NCBI GenBank assembly: GCA_051047955.1
Contig: JBPGPT010000015.1
Location: 124,001-188,000 of the forward strand
From: Cystobasidiomycetes sp. EMM_F5
Lineage: Eukaryota
Reading direction: 5' to 3'
Length of the DNA: 64,000 nt
This document shows, in pieces, positions 25,897 to 40,246 of the stretch. The notes beneath the pieces were generated by a model that was given only the letters and a program-made list of their open reading frames with translations, did no database searches and was not told the origin of the DNA. Every line of letters starts with the position of its first letter. Position 1 is the first letter of the stretch. The translations under genes were made by a program, and so were the position numbers.

Positions 25897-26880
25897 TTGC
25901 AGAGACTACGAAGACAGTCAAAGGATGCTGCATGTGGTGTAAAGTGCTCTGAGGTTGCTACCAAAGTCTCATCTACCGCATCAGGCAAATCCAATCCAGC
26001 ACCTGTCCCCAGTCTTGGTTCTACCGGCAAGAAGGTCGAATCTTCTGCATCAGCACCAACTTCTGCAACCTCTTCACTCAAAAAGAAGGATGCTACCAAG
26101 GTCAACAAGGGTTCAGCTGTACATTGGCCAACCATGAACAATGACAACGCCTCGCCAACGGCGTCACGTAATGTCCTTCAAGGCATCCGTCACAGCCTAC
26201 ACCTTACCCGCTCAAACTCTTCTTCAACCTCGTCGGAGGCTACCACTGCAGAAGTCTCGCCTACCCCGACCCCGCAAGCAGAACTCAAGCAAGATCCTCT
26301 TGCCAAACAACAACGTCAAGCCAACAAGCCGAGACTGTCTCGCCTCTTGTCATTGCGAGACAACAAGAAAGCAAATATAGATGTCGCACCTAGAGCTCCA
26401 TCTGGTCCAACCCGCTCTGCATCGTTCCGCTCGTCTGCATCTGCGTTCTTTACTCCTACCTTTCGTCGCGCCAGCTCACAGAGCATGTCCGAGCCATCCA
26501 CTGTTTCCACATCCGCCAAGGAAAACGCTGCTCCTGCTGTATCTGCATCTGCCTCGCGCCCAGCTCAGCGGAAGTCAGTTTCGTATATTGCGCCACTCAA
26601 GGTCCAGCGAGTCGAGAAGTCATCGGCAACTACCCTGGCAGTGAACACCTCTGTCGGGAAAGCTTCATTGGATATTTCGAAAGCAAAAGACGCTATACCT
26701 GCAAATGCACGTCACGTGGAACGTCCATCACTCTCCGTCGTTACCGTCTGTGCCCAAGTCCAGGTCGCATAAGCATTGGCACTCTTGCGCAGTATGCACT
26801 TGTTCTGGTCTCGAGTGATTCAGCTCAGTCCCTGTACCTGCAGCCGTCGTTCTTCGCACTTCTCTCTCCGCAAAGCTGGT
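25897..26880 (+). CDS. Hypothetical low-complexity Ser/Ala/Lys-rich protein; boundaries uncertain
   Basis: 291-codon open frame (25897-26772) preceded by a pyrimidine-rich CAG acceptor; no recognisable domain. Confidence 0.4.
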
Positions 26881-27216
26881 AAAACCGTTATCGATCAAGC
26901 ACTCCTTCACTGCAGTGATCTCGCTTCCGTTCACGGAGTCGAACATCGGTATGCCCCTTCTGCGCTATCTTGGCTCTTTTGGATGATGCTCATCGTAGCA
27001 CTTCTCGGTAACTTGACGTGACGACCCTTCTAACGAAATTCGTACAAGTGCAGCAATACCACCCCTGTAGCGAATAGTCTTTATGCATTGCATTGTTCGT
27101 TGTCTTGCTAGATATAGCCAACAAAGCAAACTCTTTTTAAGTGGTTTGCATCATCGCACTGGCTCCCTGTCTTGTTTATCATATGACTTGTCGACAAATC
27201 TGATCGTTAGCACATT

Positions 27217-27762
27217 ATGTCTGTCCCCGACGAGGCACTGCGTAAAGTTCTGCAAGACCTGAATGACCGTGTCGTGACGTCCTCTCGGGCTATCGGGAGT
27301 ACCCGACAGCTCATCAGCTCGAGGGAAAGAGAACGACGGCTGGTCGATCTCACGAAGCGGGAACTCAAGGATGTCGACGAGAGTAAAGGCGCAAAAGTAT
27401 ACAAGGGCGTAGGAAAGATGTGAGGCCGCTGCTCGTTTCCTGATACTAGGTTACGGCCGAGCTGATTGGTATTACTAGGTTCGTAATGGAATCCCTCAAG
27501 AGCACGCTCAGCACGCTCGATGCAAAAGATAGAGAGGCAGCAGATGACCTTTCTGCGCTCAACAAGAAACTCAAGGTAAGGCCGTTGTAGCACAAAACAG
27601 TCGACACAAATCTCATCTGAGGATATTACCGCGCCAGTATTTCGAGAACGAAGCACAACAGGCGACAGCGGGGCTCAAGGTATGTCAAACATCAAGTGTA
27701 AGCTGTGTACAGTAACTTATACCTTATCACAGGAAATCTTCGAACATCAGCGCAGACAATAA
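27217..27762 (+). CDS. PFD1: Prefoldin subunit 1 (multi-exon)
   Basis: MSVPDEALRKVL..RERERRLVDLTKREL..KVYKGVGKMFV..ALNKKLKYFE. Confidence 0.88.
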
Positions 27763-28277
27763 TCCATAGACGCGGTGCAGACTACCCGCGCAAGTAATAT
27801 CGCACGGCCGTAGCAACGTGTATTGCGCCAGGGCTGTAATTCACTATACTCTCGACCACTCAGGCCATGTTGCGAGAGACGAAGCCGATCAAGTTGCATG
27901 CTCCCTGTCGTCGAGACGTCGGGCGAGGCGACAGAGACAATGCCAGGACTGGAGTATTCAGCTACAAAGATGCCAAAAAAGGCGTGCAGCAATTTAATAG
28001 TCGGCTAGATTCAGCAAATTTCGTGGAGACACGCTTCCAGTAGCTGTCGGATTGGATAGTCGGAATCAGAATGCATCAGCGGCCTGAAGTTGGAATACGA
28101 TGCTTGTGGCAGCAGTATACAGAACAACGTCTCGATTCTCTTCTACTTGCACTGTTCGTCTTATAATCGTAACAGCACTTATGCGACGTATCAAACAGAA
28201 TGCTGTGCAAAGTTGTCATAGGACATGGCATGCTCTCTAAGTAAATAGCTTGGCATCGCAGATTCGCATCATGAACT

Positions 28278-29780
28278 CTACCGACTTCGGCTGAGCACTG
28301 TCCTTGTCAGTCCTTCCAGCGCTTCGCGAGCGTCAGACTCTGGTAGGGACTTTAGGGCATCGCGAGCTTGTTGCGCGTGTCCTTCCGCCAGCGCAGCTGT
28401 TTGAGCAACGCCTGACGACCGGCGTACATAGTCTCGAGCCTGTGTACGGAAGCAGTGGGTCAGCTAAACCACGACTGATGCCACCTGTCATAATCTTACC
28501 TGATCGACATCACCATCATTCTCAAATTTACGCAGAATCATATTTCCCATCTCTGGGAATTCCTCCCATGCATACAGAGCGGGTGCGGTCGCCAATCCGA
28601 GCTTCAGGTCTGCTCCCTGGGAAGGTTTGCCGAGTCCTGCATCCGAACCCGTAAAGTCCAGCATGTCATCGACCAATTGAAAAGCAATGCCAAGATTACG
28701 GCCATAGGTGTATGCAGCGTCCTTTATCCGTTCGCCATCAGCATACCCTTGCCTTATCCCACATCCGCCTAGCACAGTCGTTGCTCTGGACGATTTTGCA
28801 ATGAGGGATGCCGTTTTGAGGTACGTTTTCCGCATATAGTGCGTGAAGATTTCTGGCGTGAGCTTTGTGGGCGGAGGAGATGGCGAAGACGAGGCTGAGG
28901 AGTCCGGAGCGTTCCCTTTGATCTGCATGACTTCGCCCTCGACGAGGTTGGCTAGCACTGAAGCCACAAGCTCGACCACTTCGTTGGACCCTAGACGTGA
29001 GAGATACAGTGAAGCACGAGCGAGTAGGAAATCGCCGCCGAGAATCGAGAGCTTGTTGCCAAATGCTGCTGGGGCAGAGGGAGCTGACCGTCTTACAGCC
29101 GATGCGTCGATAACGTCGTCGTGCAGGAGGGAAGCGACATGGATCATTTCTGTAATCTCGGCGAGCCGCTGTTGGGAGGGGAGAACGTTGGATGTAGGTA
29201 GGGTCGTGCCAAGAGACAGTGTAGAGCTTGATGACGGGTTGAAGTCGGAGAGAACATCGTCTGGGCGAACTTCGAGAGGATCGTCGATAGAGTGGGCGGC
29301 ATCGTCCATCTTGCCGCGAGCAAGTTCTCGCTGTAACCGGTCATTGTACGACGGCGACAATCCGTTTGTCGCCTGCGAGATCAGCAGCACAATCAACGGT
29401 CGGATATGTTTTCCTTCGGCCTGAAAGTAGTACTTTGCTATAGTATCGAGAGCGGGATGTCCAGACCCGAGCAGCTTCTGGACGTTACTCCGTAGCGTCG
29501 ATATCTCACCCCCGACCAAACGCAGCGGATCGAAGATCGGCATTTTGGCACTCGACTGCGACTGCAACGAGGAAGCCTGGTGCTTTGGGGCAGCGAAGCG
29601 GTTGATGAGAGCGTCTATACTCGTCGGTGCGCTGCCACTGCTCGAGCTCCCATTGACGGATATCCCAGAAGATGCGGCTGCATTCGACGTGGACTGATAC
29701 CGGTGTTGCTGATGCGTGTATTGCGCCAGTCTGGCCTGCCTGGCGCACAGCTTGCACGCACTCCGCACTGCCCGAGTCAT
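28278..29780 (-). CDS. COQ1: Trans-polyprenyl diphosphate synthase for ubiquinone side chain
   Basis: GKHIRP, EMIHVASLLHDDVID..RR, GNKLSILGGDFLL, YLKTASLIA, FQLVDDMLD, DLKLGLATAP; mitochondrial-presequence-like N-terminus. Confidence 0.95.
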
Positions 29781-30002
29781 GACTAGCCAGCTAAATCCCA
29801 ACACCAGTCCTTGTTTGTGTCGAGAAAAAGCAAGTCCAAATTGAAAGCTGACTTCATTTTATTTCGCGAAGTCGTTTGCCACACCATACATTCACTCCAG
29901 TCCGACTGGCTGGCCGACTGTACGGTAGTGACCAGCTGCGACCACGTCAAGCGCATAACTAGGCTGTGCTCAGTCGGTGTTGCGCTCCAAGCCAGCCCAG
30001 CC

Positions 30003-31275
30003 ATGAGCTCGAAAACGGGAATGTCGGCCAAACGGGTCGGAAAGGAGCTACGCGAATTGGAAAAGGAAGCATTAGATGGTGTTCGGTGGGTCTATTGCGA
30101 TATTCACGAGCAGCGGCATACGTGGCTTACGTTGTAGTGGTCAGCGCCGGCCTCAAACATCCAGACAATCTGTTCGAGTAAGCCGGTACTCGATTACAGG
30201 CACCGACGACGTGTACAGTGCACGATACGCCATTTGGACTTCTGTTGACGAATGTATACCGCGCTCGTTAGATGGTACGCGCAAATCGATGGGCCAGCAG
30301 ATTCAGTCTACGCTGGCGGCGTCTTTGATATCGAGTTGGGTTTAGACTAGCTGGCATTCCAACCTCAAAATGGCTGATTGAATATTCCGACTTTATGAAT
30401 GTCCGCTCACCTCGCACAGCATCTCTGTCCCTCCAGATTACCCCTTTCGAGCACCGAGGGCGTCCTTCAGGACCAAAGTCGTCAGTCGAATACGGTCCAA
30501 GCCATCCTGGATTGACACTGACCGAGTATCGCATGTCTTTCGGGGATAGTATCACATGAACATCAACAGCCAAGGAGCTATTTGCCTAGGCAAGTCAAGC
30601 CAAATGAAAAATAGTAGCACGATTCTAATCATTCATCTACGGATGTACAGACATTCTCAAGAGCAACTGGTCTCCTGCTCTTTCTGTGCTCAAAGTCATC
30701 CTGTCAATGTATGTCACTTCGACGTACAAAGTTCACCGTATTGCTCATGGTGACATTGGTGAAAACTCAGCCTGTCCCTCCTGACTGATCCAAACCCCGC
30801 CGACCCGCTGGTAGGCGAGATTGCGCAAATGTATCTGAGGAACAGAAAGCAGCATGACAAGACTGCTCGAGAGTGGACGCAAAATTTCGCAAAGCCGTCC
30901 ATGGCCATTCCTCCAGTTGTGCCTGCGGTCAAGCCTACAGCTAAGGAAGTACCCGCTGCCAATAGTGTAGCGCCGTCGACTGGTACGAATGCGGCGGTGT
31001 CGGCTCCAGCGCAAGTCAGGAACGCTCCGATAGTCATTGATGATGAGGCATCTTCTCCGCCTCCCGTTGCGCTATCCACGCGACCAGGGCTGAGAAGCAC
31101 AGGCAGCGCAGCATCCCTGGCGGCAAGCTCGAGCCGGACACGTTCTCGGAAACGCGGTGCGGACAGTCAAACCGTGGCAGATTCAACAAGTACGGGAGAA
31201 ACGTCAAGGAGCACCAGACAGCGTACAGCCACAAACGGTGCCGATACAAGTAATCAAATTATCGAACTAGATTGA
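30003..31275 (+). CDS. Ubiquitin-conjugating enzyme E2 (UBE2D/E-like) with long C-terminal tail
   Basis: [56 protein letters not shown]. Confidence 0.9.
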
Positions 31276-31802
31276 ACTGGATTGAAGCATGCACATACAA
31301 ATACCCCTACCCTCACGAGGCTCTGTCGCAAACTGTCAGAACCCACGAAAGCAACCATCGTTCCTTCCAGCAACGTACTTCTATCCCGTCTGACAAGCTC
31401 CACTCGTATGTAACTGTATTTTATACGCTTTGCCTGTCTCCTTCAGCAGTGCATAAATCGCCGCGCGGACCAGGGTGGCCACGATCAATCTCGCTGCGCC
31501 CGCCAATCTGTCGCAGGCTGAATTCGATGTAGCCAGTTTCAGTTCGGTACAGCATACCCCATTGCTGCATAAGAAAGTGCAGCTTACGTGCCTGCAACGT
31601 TGTTATCAGTATTACGCTATCCAATGCCATTGCTTTGAACTCTTCTGCCTCTATGCCTCGAGAGTCGAAGCAGCCCAAAAATAACCCGACTCCCGTACGC
31701 CAACCTATCCGACTAGTTACTCGCAAAGACTTGGTACAACACGTGCTCCTCCCCTCGACCAAGACAGCAGCTTATTTACTATGTTTACAACCAGCCGCTG
31801 AT

Positions 31803-33742
31803 CTACTCTTCAGTCTTCATTTCAGTTTTGACCTTCTTGGCTGCTGGTTCTGAAGCAGTCGGAGGCGCTGATGCTTCCCCTGGCACGCTGATGGAGTTGC
31901 CTTTTGGTTTGGATGGTTCAGGCTTATGATCTTCGCCATCCGCATCGTCGCGTGGGCGTTTCTTTGATTCGGCTTGATCCCGCTCTCTGTTGCGATCGTT
32001 GTCTCGACCTGCACGACGATCAGATCCGCCACGTCCTCCTCCGCGGCTGCCTCGACCACGACCGCGACCGCCTCGACCTCCGCCTCTGCCGCCGTCCCTG
32101 TCCCGGTTTTCCCGTCGATCCCGACTGTCGCCGCCGCCCGCTTTCGCATCCGCAAGCGCGATTGATGCTCGCTTATGCGCTCGAGCCAGGTGGTAATCCT
32201 TCTCTTCGTCACCAGATAGCAAAGTCCATGACAGCTTGTCGTCGTCACCGCCTAGGGTCAGATCAGCGTCCTTGATGGATTGCATTTTGTCGTCCCCGAT
32301 GACATCCTTGAAGAAGACGACACCAGTTTCTTGACCCTTCTCGTACTCCACAAACGCAGGCGGTAGGATGGACTGCAGAGCCCGCTTGAGATCCATAGGG
32401 TTGGATTCCTCTCCTTTGCTTGCGCCGCTGAAGCGCGCAATCTTGCCCGACGTAAACGCGAGTTGATCTGGGTTCTTGAGCTTTCCAGTTTCAATATCAA
32501 CATCCATCTCCTTGCCCTCTACAAACACTTTGACCTCCTTTGGTGCCGCATCTCGCCTACTTCCTCCACTCCCGTTCTGTCGTCCGGCGCCAGCCTTGCC
32601 CCAGTCACGGAAGGCATTGAACGGCCTGGATGACTGATTGTTGTCTCTTGACTTGGCAGCAGAGTTTGCGCTGGGATTGTCATACTTCGGCTCGAAGCCC
32701 TTCTCCTTGGCCTTCATTTCGACATATGCTTTTCTATATTCGCAGACAGTCCCTTAAGCGGTAACATGGTAGTTCGTGATTCATATCAGCTCACTTGAAC
32801 ATAACTTGAATGGCTTCGGATTGTCCAGGGAAGGTTGGCTTGTCCTCCATATCCACCACGGCCTTTGCAGATTCAAGCGTGGCGAACTCGACGAATACGG
32901 ATCCCTTGAACTTCTTCTGCTCATCCCGGCGCATGCGAACAGCATTCACCTTGCCAACACCCAACCCGGTAAAGAATTCCTCCAAGTCCTTTTGCAGCTT
33001 GAGACCTTTTTGAACGCTATCGCTTTTCCCTTCAGACTTGTCATCATCATCGGTCGAGTCGCCTTCAGGGAACCCTTTGGCGTATATGCTTCTGTCCATC
33101 TGGCCAGTCTGGCCAGGCGGAACAAGCTCCTTCTTCCGTCGAACCTCGTCGCCCTTTTGCGAGACTTCAATCAAGGCGTCCGCTTCTGAAGCAGGGTAAG
33201 CAACTTTGAGAGCTTCCACGATTGCAAACTCGCAGATAGTCTGCGGCCGAGTTGACTTGGAGACAATATCCTGCATTCGCTTGAAAGACAGGAGGGTGGA
33301 AAGCGGAATCCATCCTGTACCGAGCGGCTTTGACGAGTCGCTCAAAGTCTTTTGCGCTTGGGTGAAGAGAAACTAGGCAAACAGGAATTGTCAGCCTCGA
33401 CCTCAAGAGCTTGTAATGCAAAATATCCAAACCTTGTCATACGGTAAATTTGAGTCGGAGAGATAGAAGGTAACTGCATAGTCACATGGCTATTAAGCAG
33501 GAAGCTACGAGTACTGTCTCCAATTCTGGAGGCTTACTCTGCTTGACGGCATCTTGTACAATCTTTTCCTCGTTTTCGCTGTCGGACGGCTGCATGACGG
33601 GGTTATTAGCGACACAAGCACGGAGCCGGAGTACACAGTACGTCAATACCGATCAGATACTCCTTCGTTGATAGATGCAGGTTGCCCTGCTCACCTTTAC
33701 GTCGACAGGCTTGTCGGTCGCAGCTGCAGAATCTGACGACAT
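31803..33742 (-). CDS. LHP1: La protein (La motif + RRMs, RGG tail)
   Basis: FYLSDSNLPYDKFLF, GWIPLSTLLSFKRM, RSIYAKGFP, KFKGSVFVEF. Confidence 0.92.
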
Positions 33743-34036
33743 TTTTGCGTTCAATTTGCTGATGGCTGCAGAGTATGCAGGGTGTTGAAGACCGGTGCAG
33801 GGATGATGGTCGCAGACGAACTTCTTTTATGCAGAATTAGATGCAATCCATGGAGCTTCGAAGGCGAGTCGAAGCAGCCTACCAAAACTTTTGCCACAAA
33901 TTTAGCACAAAAGCCGTGATTGCATGAACGATGGTAAATTGCAACACAAATGCGCTACTAGCTCCGAACACTCGCAATGCAAGCTTTACTTTAAAATGTC
34001 CGTGTACGACTGTGCTCTTTCCCGCTACCGGCGCGC

Positions 34037-36409
<2,373 letters not shown>

Positions 36410-37548
36410 TTCAATTTTGCGAGAAGGCGACCACCCCGCCAGCGAAAGGATTCCGGCGTATTGCTGTCGACTGGACCGCTGCAGTCCTGCGGGCGCGTCA
36501 CTGGGCAGCCTTGCAGGTTTGCTAGCCTTCAAGCTGTGCGCTCTGCTTCAAGTTTCGGTCTCGGCAAGGGTGGTGCGGAGACATGCGGATACGGCAACGC
36601 GACTAGGTGACTGCGTTTGGCCTATCGAAGACACACATGCACAACTACGCATCTTCACAGTACGCTTGCGTGTACAGTCCAACAACGATGCAGATCATCT
36701 GCTGTTACACACACATGCACCAAACTCAAGCATATACATACTAGAGTACGTGTGTAGCAGAAGTCAAATGCGGACACGCGACTGATTCGTGCAAATTTCG
36801 ATTACTATAGGCATTCACAGCACTCTTGTAGCATCTTGACCACGGTCAAAACTCTGGCGCTTCTCGAGCGAAAAGGCAGCGTGACGTAGCAGCCTCGAGT
36901 TGCGATTCGGAAGTGCGGAGACGGCACTGTGCATGCATTTCAGCTGCGTCGGAAATTGAAAATTCTGCTAGGAAATGATTGCTTGGGCGAAGCGGAGATC
37001 CAACATGTTCTAGGCTGCAGGCCGCTTGTCCGCGCTCAGCCTGACATACCTTTCTTCTCCGCCGTAACCCCGCCCGCAAGCTATTCAGCTAGGCCTTTTT
37101 GCTCCCGATCGAAGAGTTTTCGGCGCATTAGGCGGCGCCCCGCCTTTTACGCTAAAATCAGTGACGTGCGGGGTGACATAAAGCGTCGTCTCCGCACTGA
37201 TGAGTGATCGAAATGGCAAAAACGTCCTGGCAAATTTGCCACCGCAGCAAATATCGTATGCGATATTGCGGAGACGAACTCCCAAATTTAGTTGGGAGCT
37301 ATGAGCTTTGCGGAGATGTGAGCCAGATAGCCATTCGCGCGGCACTCCCCCGATCTGGGCGCTTTCGGCCCCCTCATCTAATCGCAAACGGTGCGTCTTG
37401 ACCTTCTTCTTCTCACATAACTTCAGGTCTTTATCCCAGTCCTGCAGTCCTCTTCAACCTTCCCATTGTCCTCGACCTCTCATTACTGCCCAAGAGATTC
37501 GACCCAGCCATCTCCGCATTCCAGCTTCGGCGAAAGTGATACGGTGCA
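36410..37548. promoter_or_regulatory. Bidirectional promoter between glucosidase 1 and the permease, with clustered GCGGRG sites
   Basis: Divergent ATGs. GCGGAG (either strand) at 36575, 36915, 36992, 37057, 37190, 37268, 37310, 37512; GCGGGG at 37068, 37138, 37168. Confidence 0.7.
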
Positions 37549-39831
37549 ATGGCTTCCAAGATAGCCTCACGGACTGGAGAACCATACACTGAACAGCTCG
37601 GCAAGGTAGCCACCCAAGGCCAAGATGCTGTTGCTGAAAAAGTCGGCAATGAAGTCGTCGACCTCGCTGCGGAGAATACCGAGCGAGAGCGTCAGATGGG
37701 TGTCAGAGAAGCCTTCAAGCGGTACCCAAAGGCTGTCATGTTTTCCATTATCTTTTCAACGTGAGCTCTTCTTCCTGATGATGTTCGACCTTTACAAGGC
37801 TAACGCCCTCGTCCGTTCAGTGCCATCGTCATGGAAGGTTACGACTTAGTACGACATCAATTATTGCTGGCAGTGGTACACTGACTGACTCCAGTATGAC
37901 GACTAGGTCATGATCAACAGCTTCTACGCTCAAGATCAATTCAATGAGAAGGTGAGAGCGTCTTCTGAATATTCTGAAGATCAGCAGCGATCTCCGACTG
38001 ACCCAGCTGCTTCCTTCTGCCAGTTTGGTGACTACAATGCTGCTAAGGGTACATACGGTCTCACAGCCGCCTGGCAGTCTGGTCTTTCGAACGCAGTCCA
38101 AGTCGGATCCATCATCGGTCTGATGTGCAACGGTATCTTGACTGACAAGTTCGGATACCGCCGCACCATGTTGGGCGCATTGGCACTCATGATGTGCTTC
38201 ATCTTCATCACCTTTTTCGCCGTCAACCTTACCATGCTTCTGATTGGTGAAGCACTCTGCGGTCTTCCATGGGGCGTTTTCCAGACTTTGACTGTCGCCT
38301 TCGCCTCTGAGGTTTGCCCTGTTCCCCTTCGACCTTTCCTTACCACCTATGTCAATCTAGTAGGCATTATTTGTCTGAAATCCATTACGATCGGCTGATG
38401 TGATTGGCTTCTCGCCAGTGCTGGGTTATGGGCCAGTTCATTGCATCCGGTGTATTAAGAGGTTTCCTGCCAGTGCAGGGCGAGTGGGCTTTCCGTGGAC
38501 CCTTTGCCATACAATGGCTTTGGCCTGTAAGTACGAGATGCCCCGCATGTGCAGCGCACCTTTGACTGAATCTCTTTGCTGCATTAGATTCCTATTGCAA
38601 TTGGAGTATTCCTTTCTCCTGAATCTCCATGGTGGCTCGTGCGAAAGGGGCGGATTGACGAGGCTAAGAGATCGCTACGTCGCTTCACCGGCGAAGCCGA
38701 AAGCGAAGCCGATATCGAGAAGACCGTTGCGATGATTCAAGCGACCAATGAACTCGAAAAGACCTACAAGGAAGGAACCTCTTACCTCGACTGCTTCCGT
38801 GGCGTTGATCTCCGACGAACAGAGATTTCTTCGCTCGTGTGGTTCATCCAGTCGTGGTGCGGCGCCTGTAAGTCACGATCTTCTGTGATGCACTCGTGGA
38901 CAATCAATTCACGTCGTCTCCATGACAGCCTTCATGGGATACAGTACCTACTTCTACCGACAGGCCGGTCTCCCGCAGGAACGCGCTTTTGATATGTCAA
39001 TGGTACAGTACGCGCTCGGAGCTATCGGTACCGTGAGTCTCAATACTTCCAGATCTTAAGTCGCAAACAGCCTAAGCTGACCCCTGAGTAATCTGTAGAT
39101 CGCGTCGTGGGGCGTAATGAGGAAGTTCGGCCGACGAACCCTCTACCTTTGGGGTATGTACGGGATGCTTGTATTGTACGTCTCCTCTCATGTCTGCCCA
39201 CACTGAACTGACGTTTCATCACTGTTTCAGAATGGTTGTCATCGGTGGATTGGGCTTCGCACACCCTGAAAGCAATTCGGGCATTGGCTGGGCCATCGGA
39301 ACTGGTCTCTTGCTTTTCACTTTCGTCTATGATCTCACAGTCGGACCTGTGTGCTACTGCCTGGTCGCCGAATTGTCGTCGACCCGTCTCCGAGCAAAGA
39401 CTGTCGTACTCTCCCGAAATTTGTACAACATTGGCGGTATCGTCAACAACGTCATTACTCCTAATCAACTCAACCCTGATGCATGGAACTGGTAAGCTCC
39501 CAACCTTATTCCTGATCCTCCTGGCAGATGCGCTAAGCGCTGCTCGTCATGTCCAGGGGTGCCAAGGCAGGACTATTCTGGGCTGGTATGCTCGTACTTT
39601 GTGAGTGGCAAAGGTCGTTCTCGGCGCTTGCCTTGGCTAACGCGCATCTCAGGCATTATCTGGACTTACTTCCGCCTACCGGAGCCTATGGGTCGCACTT
39701 ACGGCGAGCTGGACGTCTTGTTCGAGCACAAGGTGCCAGCACGCAAGTTCGCCACCACCCAAGTCGAATCCTTCGGTTATGACTCGTCTGCTCGTGATGA
39801 CGAGAAGGAGATGCCAGTCCACATTCACTAA
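37549..39831 (+). CDS. Maltose/alpha-glucoside permease (MFS sugar porter, multi-exon)
   Basis: REAFKRYPKA, IVMEGYD, AAWQSGLSN, DKFGYRRT, GEALCGLPWGVFQTL..ASEVCP, PESPWWLVRKG, VGPVCYCLVAELSSTRLRAKT, PEPMGRTYGELDVLFE. Confidence 0.93.
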
Positions 39832-40246
39832 TGACGGACTGATAGCGGCGAATTCCCTACTACTTTAATTACGGTCAGGTTTGATCCTTACATTTCATAA
39901 CCAAGTTGATGTAATACATCAGCGTTGTTTGCATTCGTTCATAGCAAGGCATTTGTATAGCCGAGGGAAATCAGCACGTACGATCATCAACATTGTGTCT
40001 GCAAGGTCTGGGTTAAGTTTGAAGTTGCATTAGTAATACAACGTCGGAAGCCGCAAGTTGCTAGCATTTTGACTAAGGTTACAAGCATTTGGGTTATTTG
40101 CGGTCACTAATACCTTGAAATGAAATGGATTATTGTTACATTCGCATAAATACCAGAGGGACCGGACGACGATGAATGCACTAGCATAAGAACCCGTAAA
40201 CCCGTAGACTGATGACCTGAAAAAGCGCTGAATGCATTCCAAAAGA

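Noticed and set aside
36699..36760. Imperfect inverted repeat (CTGCTGTTACACAC / GTGTGTAGCAG) in the promoter
   Set aside because: Short, gapped and driven by CA/TG microsatellite-like sequence
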